64,000 bases of DNA, from contig OZ024747.1 in the NCBI GenBank assembly GCA_964016885.1, forward strand, positions 83,328,001 through 83,392,000, in the 5' to 3' direction. This DNA is from Eledone cirrhosa. Lineage: Eukaryota. Shown one piece after another: positions 38,943 to 55,798 of the stretch; position 1 is the first letter of the stretch; each line of letters opens with the position of its first letter. The position numbers and the translations under genes were made by a program. The notes beneath the pieces are model-generated. The model was not told the origin of the DNA. It ran no database searches and saw nothing but the letters and a program-made list of their open reading frames with translations.

Positions 38943-40030
38943 TAATAATAATAATAATGAAATTATTGTGTAAAGTGCTCAGGTGCACTACAACTTGTCA
39001 ATATAGTACATAGAATAATACACAAATGTCAGGGAAGTACATGTGTGTATGTGTTAGCTGTTCTGTTGGCGGATCTCGGGAAGCATGGAGACCTTAAAGG
39101 ATGCAGTGTCTCGACAGCTAACAACTGATGCAGGTAGTTTGTTCCATGCTTCAGCAACTCTGAGCGTGAAAAAATGTTTCCGAAAGTCATGGGAACTGTG
39201 CTGTTTTCTTACTTTGTGGGCATGTCCACGTATGTTAGACACATGGAAATCGAAAAGGTACTCAGGGTTGTTGTTGGCAACATGGTTAACAATTTTGTGG
39301 GTGTTTACCAAGTCAGTTGCCAGGCGTCGGAGCTTCAATGAATCCATGCCCAGGGAAGCAAGGCGCTCAGAGTATGGTAGATGCCTGATGGAGGGTATTC
39401 GCTTGGTTGCACGTCTCTGAACAGTTTCCAGGCGGTCAATGTCCTGAGCAAGATAGGGGTTCCAGACTGGTGATGCAAATTCTAAGTGTGGTCGCACCAT
39501 AGCTGTATACAGCCTTAAATAGATATCTGGAGAGCGGCTGACAAAGGTCTTGCTGAGTGATGCTAAGACACCCTCGGCCCTCTTGACAATTTTAGAGACG
39601 TGCCTCGTCCAACGCAAGTCGCTGCTGACCGTAATGCCCAGGTCACGTTCACAGGAAGACTTCTTGATATTAGTGCTGTGGAGGGAGTATGTGGACGCTG
39701 GGTTTTTACTCCCAAAATGCATGGTGGTGCACTTGTCCGCAGCTAGCTTGAGTTGCCAGTCTGAGATCCATTGTTGCATTGTGTCCAGGTCAGACTGCAA
39801 GCAAGATCTATAGTGTTCAGGATCTGTCCTTTTTATCTCAAGGTACAGCTTGATGTCGTCTGCGTACTTTAGTACTGTGGCATTCCTTAAGTTGGCATCT
39901 ATGTCATTAATATATGCCACAAACAAAAGGGGGCCAAGAACAGATCCCTGTGGTACACCAGATGACATCTCATATGGTGAGGAATGCTGTCCCAGAACCG
40001 TGACTACCTCCCTTCGACTGAGAATGAAGG

Positions 40031-40032
<2 letters not shown>
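38943..40032 (-). mobile_element. 5'-truncated CR1-clade LINE with an uninterrupted RT C-terminal ORF (stop at 39054) and a (TTA)n tail
   Basis: SGVPQGSVLGPLLF, YADD, ERDLG, RPHLEFASPVWNP, LETVQRRATK, RGH, FFTLRVAEAWNKLP. Confidence 0.93.
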
Positions 40033-40097
<65 letters not shown>

Positions 40098-40330
40098 ATA
40101 TAAATATATATATATACACACACACATGTATATATATATAATATAAATATATATACACACACACACACACACATATATATATTTATATATATATATATAA
40201 TATATATATATATTTATATATATATAAATATATATATACACACACAAACATATATATATATATATATATATAATATATATATATATTTATATATATATAA
40301 ATATATTTATATATATATAAATATATATAT

Positions 40331-40383
<53 letters not shown>

Positions 40384-40387
40384 TATA
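40033..40387. repeat. (TA)n/(CA)n compound microsatellite
   Basis: Direct reading. Confidence 0.97.
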
Positions 40388-41500
40388 TCATCATCAACGT
40401 TTAACGTCCGTGTTCCACGCTTGCATGGGTTTGGACGGGGGTAGTCCCACTTGAGGCAAGAGTGATTGTCTTGCTCGCATAGGACTGTCTGGCAGGTTTT
40501 CTACAGTTGGATGCCCTTCCTAACACCAACCACATTTACAGTGTGGGTCTGGGAGGTTTTTACCGTGTTGCCTACACGGCCACATTACAGCGTGGACTGT
40601 GTGTTTTTTTGTCGTGACACCTACACGATCTCATTTGTTTCGGCCTCGATGGCGCGGCACCAACATAACTTTACATAGAACGGGGTGGTGTGGATGGGGT
40701 GGGGGTGGTGGTGGTGTGAGAGTCAAAAGGACTTAACATTAACCTGGCTAAGATCAAAGTACTAGTTTGTAGGAAAGAAAACAAGGCGGCGGTCCCTTCT
40801 GGGAAATGGTCGTGCTCGATGTGTAGGAAAGGCGTAGGTAGAAACTCCATTTTATGTCCTAAATGCAAAGTATGGGTGCATAAAAGATGTAGTGGGATCA
40901 CAGGTAAGCTAACTAAGAACATAGATTTTACATGTGGCCGGTGTTCTGGTGCAATAAGTAGCAGCAAGTGCCCACAAAATACTAGCTCTTTCAACTGCGC
41001 AGAGGGTTCTATAGAAATAGTGGACAGCTTCCGTTACCTGGGCGATAAAATCAGCAGTGGGGGAGGGTGCTCTGAAAGTACTGTAGCTAGAGTCAGAACT
41101 GGTTGGAAAAAGTTCAGAGAGCTTATACCACTATTAGCTGCTAAAGGGTTCTCCCTAAAAATGAAAGGCAGGTTGTACAATGCCTGCATACGAACAGCAA
41201 TGCTGCATGGCAGTGAGACCTGGGCATTGTGTGCAGAGGATATACGCAGACTAGAGAGGAACGAAGCTTGCATGCTCCGCTGGATGTGTAACAGTAATAT
41301 ACGTGAACGGCAAAGCATAAACGAACTAAGGAAAAAATTAGAGATAAGAGGGATCAGATGTTGTTTACTCGAGAGAAGGCTACGTTGGTATGGACACGTG
41401 ATGCGCATGAAAGTCGATAGCTGTATAACAAAGTGCAGGGCAATAAAGATAGACGGTAGTCACGGAATAGGCAGACCTAGAAAAACCTGGGACGAGGGAC
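40388..41500. mobile_element. RTE LINE (subfamily 2) with a 5' inversion: minus-strand 3' UTR and tail at 40388-40715, plus-strand ORF2 segment at ~40716-41500
   Basis: The left part matches 9944-10380. The right part encodes the PHD-like region through RPRKTWDE in the opposite orientation. Confidence 0.88.
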
Positions 41501-41502
41501 TC

Positions 41503-44366
<2,864 letters not shown>

Positions 44367-45229
44367 TGTAAAAATCAAAATATTGGCCTAGGAATTATTG
44401 AACACATTATGTAACATGCTTGAATGAAATCCAATAGTGATAATAGTTAATAGTGATAATCTATTATTTAGTACAGTTAAGTGGTCAATAGCCATCATGT
44501 AAATTAACCAATCAGATCCACTTGGATTACTCTATGAAGACACCAGGAACCAATCAGAAAATAGTTATTTCTTAATAATCAGGATACTAACTTATGTAAT
44601 TAAATATTTCATCATTTTACATCCACTTTCCATGTCATAAGCAGAACAATATATGTACACACACAAACACACAGTCGGGTCACTCTTCAGCGCTACCTGT
44701 AACCAAGTACAATCTAGGGATGGTCAGGTTATTGGTCACTAAACCAGCAACCTCACCAAGCTCACTTAGTGAGTAGGGTGATTTAGGGCACCCTGCGGGA
44801 TGAGAAGCAAAACCAGTCAAAGGGCAGAGGAACTTGGAAGATTCAACAGCCCGCCAATAGATTTTTTTTTTTGTGGAATGAGAGACCCCTTAGTCTTCAT
44901 TAAGACATCTCTCTAGGAGAGGTCACTGACATAAAACCTGCAACTTCATTTGCATCCAGTGATGTAGACCAGTTCTACTTTTTGGGTAAATGTATATGAT
45001 GTGCAGAGCGTGGGATTTGCTCCGTGCAAAGCCCTTCCTCACTTAAAGCGTCCATCCGCACGTGCGTGCGTGTTTATACACACATACACACGAGAAAATT
45101 GTTGTTGTTACTTTCCCATTGTGAATGAGCTCAGTGAAATTCCTGAAGCAGAGATCCAGGGTATTCTCACCTCTTGTTGGAGGAAATACCATTTGTTCTA
45201 TGAAGGATTCTGTCAGCCTTTGTTCAAGT

Positions 45230-45508
45230 GCAGACATTCGCAAGATTTAGTACCTGTGGACTTCCATCTCTTCTTTAAGCTGAAAATGCAGCTCAAAGGT
45301 CTGAGATCCAGAGCGAATTGCAGAAGGTCTTTGACTCACTTACGGAAAACGACTTCCAGGCTTAATTCCAAAAGTGGCAGGAACGCTGAAACCAGTGTAT
45401 TGTGGTGCAAGGGGACTATTTTGAAGACGATGATGTTAAAACTTAGGTAAATATATTAGTTTTTTTAAAAACATAACTAGTCTGGGAACGTTTTGATAAC
45501 ACCTTGTA
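45230..45508 (+). mobile_element. mariner (Tc1/mariner) 3' remnant
   Basis: HSQDLVPVDFHLFFKLKMQLKG resembles the YSPDLAPxDFxLF motif. FQKWQER*NQCIVVQGDYFE is a typical C-terminus. Ends GAACGTTTTGATAACACCTTG-TA. Confidence 0.8.
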
Positions 45509-48219
45509 CATACACACACACACACACTCATACATGTATACATACACAAAAGTGACTAGAAGACACACATCTGAGATAGAAGCGCGTGTGAACTTGACTT
45601 GTACATTTATTTCTTCCTTCCAGTCTCTTTTGTGTGGCAATACACTTCTTGTTTCCCTCCTCTTTTAATCTTTTCTATATTTCATCTGCCTGTCACCCAC
45701 ATCTTGGATTGTCACTGTGCTGACCACTGGCTGCTGGTTCCTGTCTTGAGGCATTTTTGCCCATCCAGTCTTACACAGCATTTGGCTGTTTTAACAGCTG
45801 TTCTAGCAATGATATTTCTCATTCTTATACACTCTTGCTTCATTTCAATCAGACAACAATGCTTATACACACACACGAATATATATATATATACGAAGAC
45901 AGGTATTCCAGTAATAGTCATGACTGAGACACCTTTCATCACATTGCTCAATCAGAGCTGATCAGGGCTAAATAACATACTATAATGTTTCTAATCTGGT
46001 TTTGTTCCGTTTAACCCTTTTGATACTATCCTAATCAACATTTAATAACTATTTGAATAACACTAACATGCTCTTCTTTCACAAACAATAGGTTGTGGTA
46101 TTTAGGGCATATTTTAAACATTCTTTTACTAATTTCAACCAGCTGGTAATGGCCATAGAGGGATATATATTAAATCAAATAGTTTAAAATCTACTTCTGT
46201 TGTGAATTATTTAGTTACAGTTAGCACAAAGAAAGGGTAGAGACGACCCTTCATTTGCATCTAGGTCAATAATCTAATGCTGATGTCACGATAGGTGGCA
46301 TGAGAAACCATGCTACAATGGAGCATATCTGAGCAACCCATCTGTCAAGGACTGTAGCACCAATTAAGTACCGACTTGGTCTGTAACAATCCATCTAATC
46401 CATCAATCCATGCCAGCATGGAAAAACAAGAAAAATGATAAATGAAAGCACTTAAAATGTAGTCATACTTCATTTCAAATAACAACCAGCCAACATTGAA
46501 TTATAAAGTTTGTTTTACTCTTCCCCTACCACCACTATAGACCAAGTATCAAAATGCAGAATGTGAATAATTCAATTAAACACTTTAACAAGTGGTGCTA
46601 AGAACTGGCTAATACATGATCTTGAAAATAAAAATAATTGTATCTTCAATCAACAGCTGCTCTGGATACTGAGTAAACAAAGCTAAATGAATAACAACAA
46701 AATGCATAGAATTCTTTAGAAATAACTATATCATATCATTCACATTTAATAAACAATTTATTTAAAAAAAAAAAAGAACTTAACATTGCTTTTCCATTGA
46801 AGGTCATTTATCAATTGATGACTTCTTGTGGAAATGTCAATAGCAACAATACATGCATGCATATTTTTATGCACATTAAGAGGATACATTTAAATACCAA
46901 AGAGGAAAAAGATGAAACTAGAAGGGCAAATTCAATGCAACAGCAAGCTATATTTTTAACCCTTTTTGACCATATCTCTAATGAAGTACACTAAAATTAT
47001 TATTTCATTGTTAAGATTGACTATGTTGTGTCAAAAGGGTTAATCCTTTCATTACCATATTTCTAATGAAATACTCAATGATATTCAAATAATTTTCGAA
47101 AATAAAAAACTTGAAGAGATTTAACAATACAACTTTCTCATTGTGAGAAAATAATGATGGTACATTAATGTTGACCAAACAACTGGAATACTTTTTGTGG
47201 AAAGTGGCTGAGATACATTTCTGAATTGTTTGGAGGGAACTACTTAAAGTGTAAAAATAAACCAACAGAAACAAGAATAAAAGGGAGCTGGTTAAAGTAT
47301 TGAATAACATGACATGGAAATAATTTAACATTAACGGCAAGAGATATTTTATGAGGGTAATACCCTATTTGATCATATTTCAATCTATTTATGTTTATGT
47401 ATGTTGAAGTTAGCTGACAAAAGGCAAAAATGCGTCATTTGTGTAAAGAAATTCATCTGAAATGTTTACTAAATAAATTATTATGACTAAAGGAGGCAGT
47501 TTAGATGTCAAAAATGCTGATTTTACTGTCCTTTTATCTCTTGTTAAAGAGGACAAACAGACAGAAAGAGAACAGTTAATTACAGTGGTGCTACTACTGC
47601 TATATAATATTGTTTTGTTCTTGATGCTAGCTCAATTTTTAAAATTTCATAAGAGAGGAAATGCTTGAATCATGTCACAAACAGGAAAAATGAATAAAAT
47701 GAATTTGACAAAGAACAACCAATGCTTTTTGAGTGTTCAATTAAGCTTCAACTTAATCTGTGAATTGGTCACTTGATACAATTGACACCTCTCTCACTTC
47801 CAAAGTATTCATGTTCTGGCATTGAAAAAAAAAACAACAAAAAAGACAAGCTACCTTTTTTTGTTTGTTGTATGAAACCCTAACTGTAAAAAGAAGGCAT
47901 GGAGGAGAATTAAATGTTAATGGCAATAATGGTAGAAGTAATGTGATAAAGTTGTTAATGAATAATCTGGGAATAAAAAGTCCATAGGAAAATGTTTTGT
48001 AATAATAGTCTCAAATATTGTTTGCATGTATGGACCCACAGCACCTGAACTCAAAAATTATGTGAAAACATGAAAGCATAGCCAATTGCTTGTAGGCTTG
48101 TATATGCTATGACCTACAGTAAAATCAGTCTAATTTTGTCATGTGCACCCAAATAGAGGCTCCATATCACCATACAATACATAATCACATTATTATTGAT
48201 AATCAACAGCTGATTATTA

Positions 48220-48859
48220 TCTATATATATAAAGCTGTGGTTGTCTGTCTGTCTATCGATTTTTGGCACACATCTCCTCTTAGAATCTCTGACGGAATTG
48301 CACCGAAATTGCTATACTTGTACATTGAGCCCTAGCGAAGACATCGGAAAAAAAATATTTCAAATTGACCCACCCTATGTGACGAAATCGAATCTAATGT
48401 ATCGATTTTTGAGCGTAAGTGACGAGTTATTTCCCTTTGTTCTGTTTACATTGAGCGTCTTACGTTCTGTTTACATTTTCTGCGTGCAAAAATTAAAAAA
48501 ATTACGCTGGCTTTCTCAGCGTTTAAAATGACATTAACACAATACACGAACAGTTGTCGAGCCAGCAAAATTTTGACCTGCAAAATTCATCAGTTCGAAC
48601 ACTAAGCTTCCGTTTTGCTTCATTTCCATTTAAAAGCCTTTTAAAACAATATTTTTAAAGACTACGTAAAACAAGCAAATATTTCGTAAAAAAAAGCAAA
48701 TATTATATAAGTTTATTTAAAATATATGTATCTGTAAATTTCGTTAGGCGTGCAGACAGACAGTCGTGCAGACAGACTTTAAGCCAAAAAAGAAACTTAA
48801 CATTGTAACTTTAACACAGCTACTGAGCGACCCCGAGCAACGCCGGGCTTTACTGCTAG
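48220..48859 (+). mobile_element. Non-autonomous Helitron, 640 bp
   Basis: A|TCTATATATATAAAG 5' end, subterminal GC hairpin CCCGAGCAACGCCGGG (48832-48847), CTAG|T 3' end, no target-site duplication, CpG-rich interior. Confidence 0.85.
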
Positions 48860-50839
48860 TCAGTCGATAAAGCAAGGCCTATATATCAGTAATCAGCTAA
48901 CTTATCAGTACATCCCTACATTGTATTACCCTTCCCCACCATGATATAATTTGGGGTCGTACTATTGTTCAATATTACTGAGATATTAGATTTTATTACC
49001 AAATCTATTGTTTTCAAAGGAAATGGTGTTAAAAAAAGGGAAGATTATTTTCAAGCATCTCCAAACTTAAGGAGCTACCAAAAGTAGGATAAGGTGCTGG
49101 CCTCTCATCTGAAGGGTCATTGGTTCATATCCCATTATTGGTGATGTCTCCCCACCACTACAAAACCAAAACTGTACACACTCCCTACATCCACATAACT
49201 GGCAACAGATCAGCTAAGAGCAATGAAGCTATATCTTACGAAGGGAGTGTCATTGTGTTGTGGTGTGCAGTTCAGAGATTTTCAAGGGTTTCAATGCCAT
49301 TAGTCCTTCTAGGCGGTAAATTAATGCATCTCCAGAGATTAGAATTTTAGCCCTTTTCTGATAATATTTATAATGAAATATACTGTATGTGTTTCAATTA
49401 ATTTTAAAAATGAAACATTTTTCATTAAGTTGATACTTGGAGCATAGTTTAGCCAAAACAGTGACATAAAATTAGGATGAGAGATTTTACCTTAAATATG
49501 AACAATTTCTAATGAAAGATTTTCTATCAAAACCAGAAGTAGTTTCAGATAGATGGAAGCAAACATATTTGGCTAAGGTATTGGATTGCTACAATTCAGT
49601 AGTGAGTCTAAGATAACACCATAGCTTGAAAAACATTGTTCATTAAATATTACATGGTAACAGTCAGCAACAAAGATGAGGCAGATACATTCTGTAAAAT
49701 GCACTAATTGAATCTAAACAGGATAGAACAAATAGTAAAGTGGACAGATAAAAACGTGGATTGGCACAATCATGTGGAATCTTGAGCTAATCTCTGATCC
49801 TTGCATATATAATATCCACTTGTTGAAATCGTGACTAGCTGACAATATAGATGCCGGAAGTTTGAGATCGTCATGAATAGGCTGTCTCAAGTTACAATGC
49901 TATGAATTAAATCTCAAATTTTTTTATTAATTGAAAGTGTATTTTCATTAGAAATGTCATGAGTTTTTAAAAAATCTGACACTTTTACTAAGGATTTTCA
50001 AGCAGATGAAATAAATAACATATCAATCATATTCTGAAGACCATTTGATCCCAATGTTCCTTACTGTGTTGATAATCTTCAAGACCAACCAATTCCCCTG
50101 ATACTACATTACTTGTAGTTAGTTTATCAATGCTAATTTCTACTTGATCTCTGAACAACATTTCCAGATAACAAGCTTGCTTTTCTTTCATTATTTCATA
50201 TTCATGAGATTATTTCTAATTCTTTAGAGACTAATTAATTGAGGCTATTTCGAAACAAATTGTCTGTCCATGTTTTTTTTCTTTTCTTTTTTAAGACGTT
50301 AAAGAGTCTGTTTCAGTTCCTGTGTGTGTCACCTTGAGCAGATGTCTACTATAGCCTTGGGTCGACCTCCAATGCCTTCATAATTATCATTTTTATCTTA
50401 TTTTCCATGCTTGCATAGGTTAGATGGGTTGCCAAACTGAGGCTAGATAGGCAAGTCAGCTGACTGTCTTGATCATACCTTCCATTTTAGCATGGTTTTA
50501 TGGCTGAATGCCCTTCCTAACACCAACTTCGCAGCATGGACCAGGTTTATTTTCACACGACACCATGTGAAATTCAGTAAACACAAACTCTACAGAAATT
50601 TGTCATATATATATGCACATGCATGTGCTTATCTCCCATACCTTATTGGTTCATCAAAAGGATAAAATGAGTACCAGACTTAAAAAAAAAAAATAAGCAC
50701 AGGGTCCCTTCAATGTAATGCTTCTGTTTGGCTGCAGTCTAATGATAAATCAGTAAAAGTAAAGTTCTATTTTCTTGGAACAAACAATTTTAAAACAATA
50801 CTTTAGATTATTTTATTGAAACAGAAAGTAGAAAAGGCT

Positions 50840-51400
50840 TGACTGCGTTCCATGGGACCAACTGTGGAAGGTCCTGCAGGAGTATGGGATCAGACAGTAT
50901 CTTGGAGCTGTATTCAAGAGCGATGGAAGGCAGGAGGCTGAATTAACTGCAAGAATTGCAGGAGCTGGTGCACTAATGCACCAGCTTCAGCATTAGATCA
51001 TCAGAAGGGAGGGAGGTGTAAAAGCTTAATTTACTATCTTCAATTCAATATTTGTGCCAACCCTTACCTATGGTCATGAACCTTTGGTAATGACCAAAAG
51101 AATATGATCACAAATACAAGTGACTGAAACAGGGATCCCCCAAAAAGTCTTTGGAGTAATGTTACTGTAGCTTGGATATCGGAGAGTTGCTCCAGGTAGA
51201 GCCGGTACTTCTCTGAATTAAGGTCACAGCTCCAATACTATGGGTATGTGGTTTAGACTGTCTCAGCAAAGAATTGCTGGACAGATTTTATTAGCAAAAC
51301 CAATCAGTAGGAGACCCAGAGATAGAGAGCCCAAGTGAGATGGTTGGATAACATTCATGAGCTCAGCTTATCTCGCTGGGGGACCCACTTGGATCAATTG
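50840..51400 (+). mobile_element. Old RTE-like LINE fragment of a different lineage, without the PHD region
   Basis: Frameshifted FRYLG-like, PTLTYGHE, RSQLQYYGYVVR and RRPR...RWLDNI motifs. Confidence 0.65.
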
Positions 51401-52642
51401 GTAATGATTGTTTCTAACAGGACTCACTGAAAGGTGTGTTTGGGGACTCTTCCCCCATGACCCTACAAGGAATAAGTGGGTAAAGCAGGAGTAGAAAAGG
51501 AAAAGAAAATGTGATTTAGTAAAAATTGATACAAGCAAAGTAATGGTGGGATTTGAAGTCACAGCACAAAGAAACAGAACAAACACTATAAGGTGCATCA
51601 TGCTACACTCTAACACCACTTCATTCAATTTAGGTAAATTTGAAAATAATCATAATATAACCTTCTCATCATTAAGCTGCTGCTTGGAAAATAACTAAAG
51701 TTCTTACATAAAATTATGATAGAAAAAGGTGTTTAGACAACTATAAATACTACAAAAAATGTTTTGTATCAAAAGGGATCCAGCCATGAAAACAATTAGA
51801 AGCTACATATCAGATTAACTTAAGAAAAGATAAGTATTACAAAAAGGATTATTTGAAAACATGTCTACCACTATCTTAAATGAAGCTATTACAATAGCAA
51901 AATAAAGAAAAGCTGCTCCAGACCAAATAACTTTTTAAAGTGAAAACAAGCAATCAATACCAGAAATATAGTAATACTGAATTGACAAAGATATTTAGAA
52001 TAGGCAACAGTTATTAAAGAAGAAAGCAATGAAGAAAAGTAAAAAGATAAAGAAAAAAAATCCGCAAGAGATAACTTGACCCAGACATATCAAAATAAAG
52101 TAAATTAGGAGATTGGCATTTATACACCACAACTAAACAATTATGACAAAAGCCAATAGTGGCAACCAATATCATCAGCAAAACATTTCCTGACTTTTAG
52201 TGCTATGACCTCTTATAGATAAATGACTTCAATATTTATTCCCACTCTCCCATCTTTTGTTACTTTCCATAGTTTTCTCAAAACTATATATCCCATCAGC
52301 AGCTGGTTATACATACCAAGAGCAATTCACTTAACCAATTTTACATCAATATTTTCATGCTACAGCTTTGGTTGGTATTAAATATTCTTAAAATGCTATT
52401 ATCATCACAATACCATTGTTAGATAGTCTGTGAGAGCAATCATTCTACACATTAAGTTTTCTATATTGATTTGAAGAATAACTTCGGCCTTCTTTAGTTG
52501 TTGTAATCAATTGGTTGGATCAAAAAAGTACATTTAGTTGATTGTTGTATTGCTGGGCCTCCATTGGTTCTAAAGAGTGTTCCAGTTCTTCGAACAGAAC
52601 AGCCAGCTTATGAAATTAACATGCAAGTGCCTGAGCATACCC

Positions 52643-52875
52643 TTAACCTTTTTGTTACCATATTTCTCTTGAAAAATACTAGTCAGGGTTTTCAAATTCT
52701 TTTTAAAATAATCAAGAATTTGAAGGGATTTAGTAATATAGCTTACTTTTTCACATCAAGCTGGTGTTTGGTAAAAGGGCTGGAAGGTTTTTAGATAAAT
52801 ATAAATACTTTAAAATAAACAGCTTTGTATTGTAGAACCAGGGACAGTTTCAGGAACTGGTATCAAAATGGTTAA
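52643..52875 (-). mobile_element. MITE family A copy inserted into a SINE-like repeat
   Basis: TTAA ends. The flanks (TGAAATTAACATGCAAGTG.CTGAG...CTTAA / ...GAAATTAAGTGTTTTGCT) match the contiguous repeat at 56390-56530. Confidence 0.7.
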
Positions 52876-55751
52876 TGTAGTTCTAAGAGAAATTCAACGT
52901 TACAGTGTATGAAAAGGAATTTTTGCCAACTGAGTGAACTGGAGCAATATGAAATTAAGTGTTTTGCTCAAGGACATAATGCACTATTGGGAATCAAACT
53001 CACCACCTTATGATTGTGAGCCACACAATCACTAAGTCACAGTTATAGCAAAACAGTATATATGCTTAATAACCTTATATCAAGGAATGTTGTGTAATTA
53101 TCAAAAATAAACATGCTTTTGTCACAGAAAAGTCCTACAAAATGAACACTGTACTTTTATTCAATGTCCTATACCACATGAAACCAAATTAGAAAGATAT
53201 TTTTGAAAAGTACAAATTTCCACAATGATCTGTCCTTTATTATTCTCTCCTCTTCTTGAGTCATTCCTCCATTGAAGGTGAAGCATTTATTTTGCTTTTT
53301 CTAATGGTTAGAATATATGTGGCTCGCCACACCTGCATACAAATAGATTTCTCCACTAACTGGACCAGTTGTGACCACCCATCATCAAATAGTCAATCAT
53401 CTGCAAAACCACTGGTGTTCATGACGACAAGGTCATCTAATTAACTGATTGTCGCGTAAGCTACTGCTTGCTATAAGACAATCAGTATTTTTATTGAGGC
53501 CTACTCCTGTTCTGCTGGACTATCATAGGAAGTGGTTTTTCACCATGCAGATTGGTCTTCGAACTGAGAGAGACTAGGTGTTCAGCTTGAATGAGCATGT
53601 ATTGCACGTCATCAATTTTCTGAGTGGCATGTTGAACAGACCCTGGGACACACGAGGATGCCACAAAAGACCACCCAGTGAAATCTACTACAGCTTTGCA
53701 CACTTAACATATTTATAATCAGGCCACTCTTGAGTGCTACTAGTAACATGTAATGCAGTACAACCTGTCACATGGCCAGGTTGTCGGTGACTAAACTGGC
53801 AACCCCACCAAGTTTGCTTGGCGAGGAGGGAAATTTTGGACACCCTACAGGATAAAAAATAAAACCTGACAAAGGGCGGAGGACTCATGTGAGTCAACGG
53901 TGCATGTGCATATATTGTGGGTATCCATTATTAAAGATACTATAAACACTTAAATTGACCCATTTTTAGATGTTTTCTGATAAATCATACAGGATGTTAT
54001 GAGTTAACTTCAAAAGAACATTCAAACTATTTCTATTTTTAACTTACAATCATCATCATTTTACACATTTTCCATGCTAACATGGGCTGCATGGAGTTGC
54101 TATAGCTTTAGATTAGACAGGCTAGAACCACATCTTGCTTATATGTTCCATATTTTGGCATGGTTTCAATGGCTAGATGCCTTAATGCCATCCACTCCAC
54201 AGAATGTACTGGGTGAATTTCAGTGTGGCATCACCACCAGAGAGATTGTCATGTACTCAGCAAGGCTGAAGTGTTAACATTATATTGTCTCCATTTAGTA
54301 GGGTAACCACTTTACAGAGTGTACTGGGTACATTTTATTATGGTATTAACACTATAAAGGTTAAATCCTTTATAGTGTTAATAGCACAAGTGTCCTCTCT
54401 ATTCTAAAATGTTCTCAGATTTAATTTTAATAACAGTTTGAAAGTTTGAATATGTGGCATTTCAAAAATCTAGTACAATTATTATATTTTGAGTTAAATT
54501 TACTGACTATATTCCTTTATTGTAACAAACTTTTGTATGAATATAAAACTCACCAGTATTATACACCTGCTTTATTTTGACAACCCACACCTATGTAGGC
54601 TTAGCTGGCTTCCTACGAGGTTGCATCATAGGCTTCTTAGGTGTTTTTATGATAGGAGTCTTGGTTGTATCATGAAAGACTAGATAGGACACCAGTCTGT
54701 TGCAGAGGTAAACCCCAGTCACTGCTGGTACTCATTTTCCCCACTAGATGATTGGATTCGAGCAATGTGAAATAAAATGTTTTGCTAAAAAAAACAATAC
54801 ACCACCCAGTTCAGGAATCAAACTCACAACCATATGATGTGCTTTCACATCTGCTTTGTGGCCAACACTGAACCAATTAATTTTGCAAACTCAGTAAAAT
54901 ATGTTTCTGCATAATGAGTTGATATTTTTCCACAATACAACTGCTAAGATACAAAGGCAATTACACATCTTAAATTTAACATTGGCTACATGAACAGTCA
55001 CTTTCTTTCACAGTCCTTCAAATTGCACTGAGTAAAGGTTAATCTCTGGTTTCCATAGCAAATAGACAAAAGAAAAAGGAAAACATTCGGGATAGGAGAG
55101 CAGTCTAAGAAGAGAACAGCTTTTTTCCATTAGGTCTTATCCATTTTAATATTATGTCTTAATATGTATTCCATTATTATCATTGTTCTCACATCTGATT
55201 TTCCATAATGGTGTGGGGTGAATGAGATTTTTGTTGGCTGAATGCTGTTCTACTGCTAACACACATTTTAGTATATACTGCTGACCATTGCTAAACTGAA
55301 TTAAACTGCAGTCTATTGTTTATGTAGGACACAAATGTCACCACTTGCTTGAAACAATGCTGATATGAAAACATACAGACTGAGACACACACACATATGT
55401 ATAAGGGGCTTCCTTGTAGTATCTATCCACCAAATTCACATACAAGATAATCAGCCAGAAGCTATATTAGGAAACACTTGCCCAAGGTGCCACAAAAGAG
55501 GGTGGAAGCAAAAACTATATGGGTATGAAACAAAGTTCTGTATGTATATATATAATGATTCTAGTACAGTGGTTGGTATTAGGAAGGACATGCAGCTGTA
55601 GAAATCCTGTCCAAATTTGGAATGTGTGAGTGTGATGGAGTGTGGTCTTCAGAACAATCTAGAAAAGCGGTAAGAATAAGAACTGACATGGACTGTGATG
55701 ACCCAACTAACACATAGCAGCATGGAAAGCCAGCATAAAATACAGCTGCTA

Positions 55752-55798
<47 letters not shown>

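Noticed and set aside
54548-54570. 13-nt microexon with a GTGAGT donor
   Set aside because: No polypyrimidine tract, and incompatible phase.
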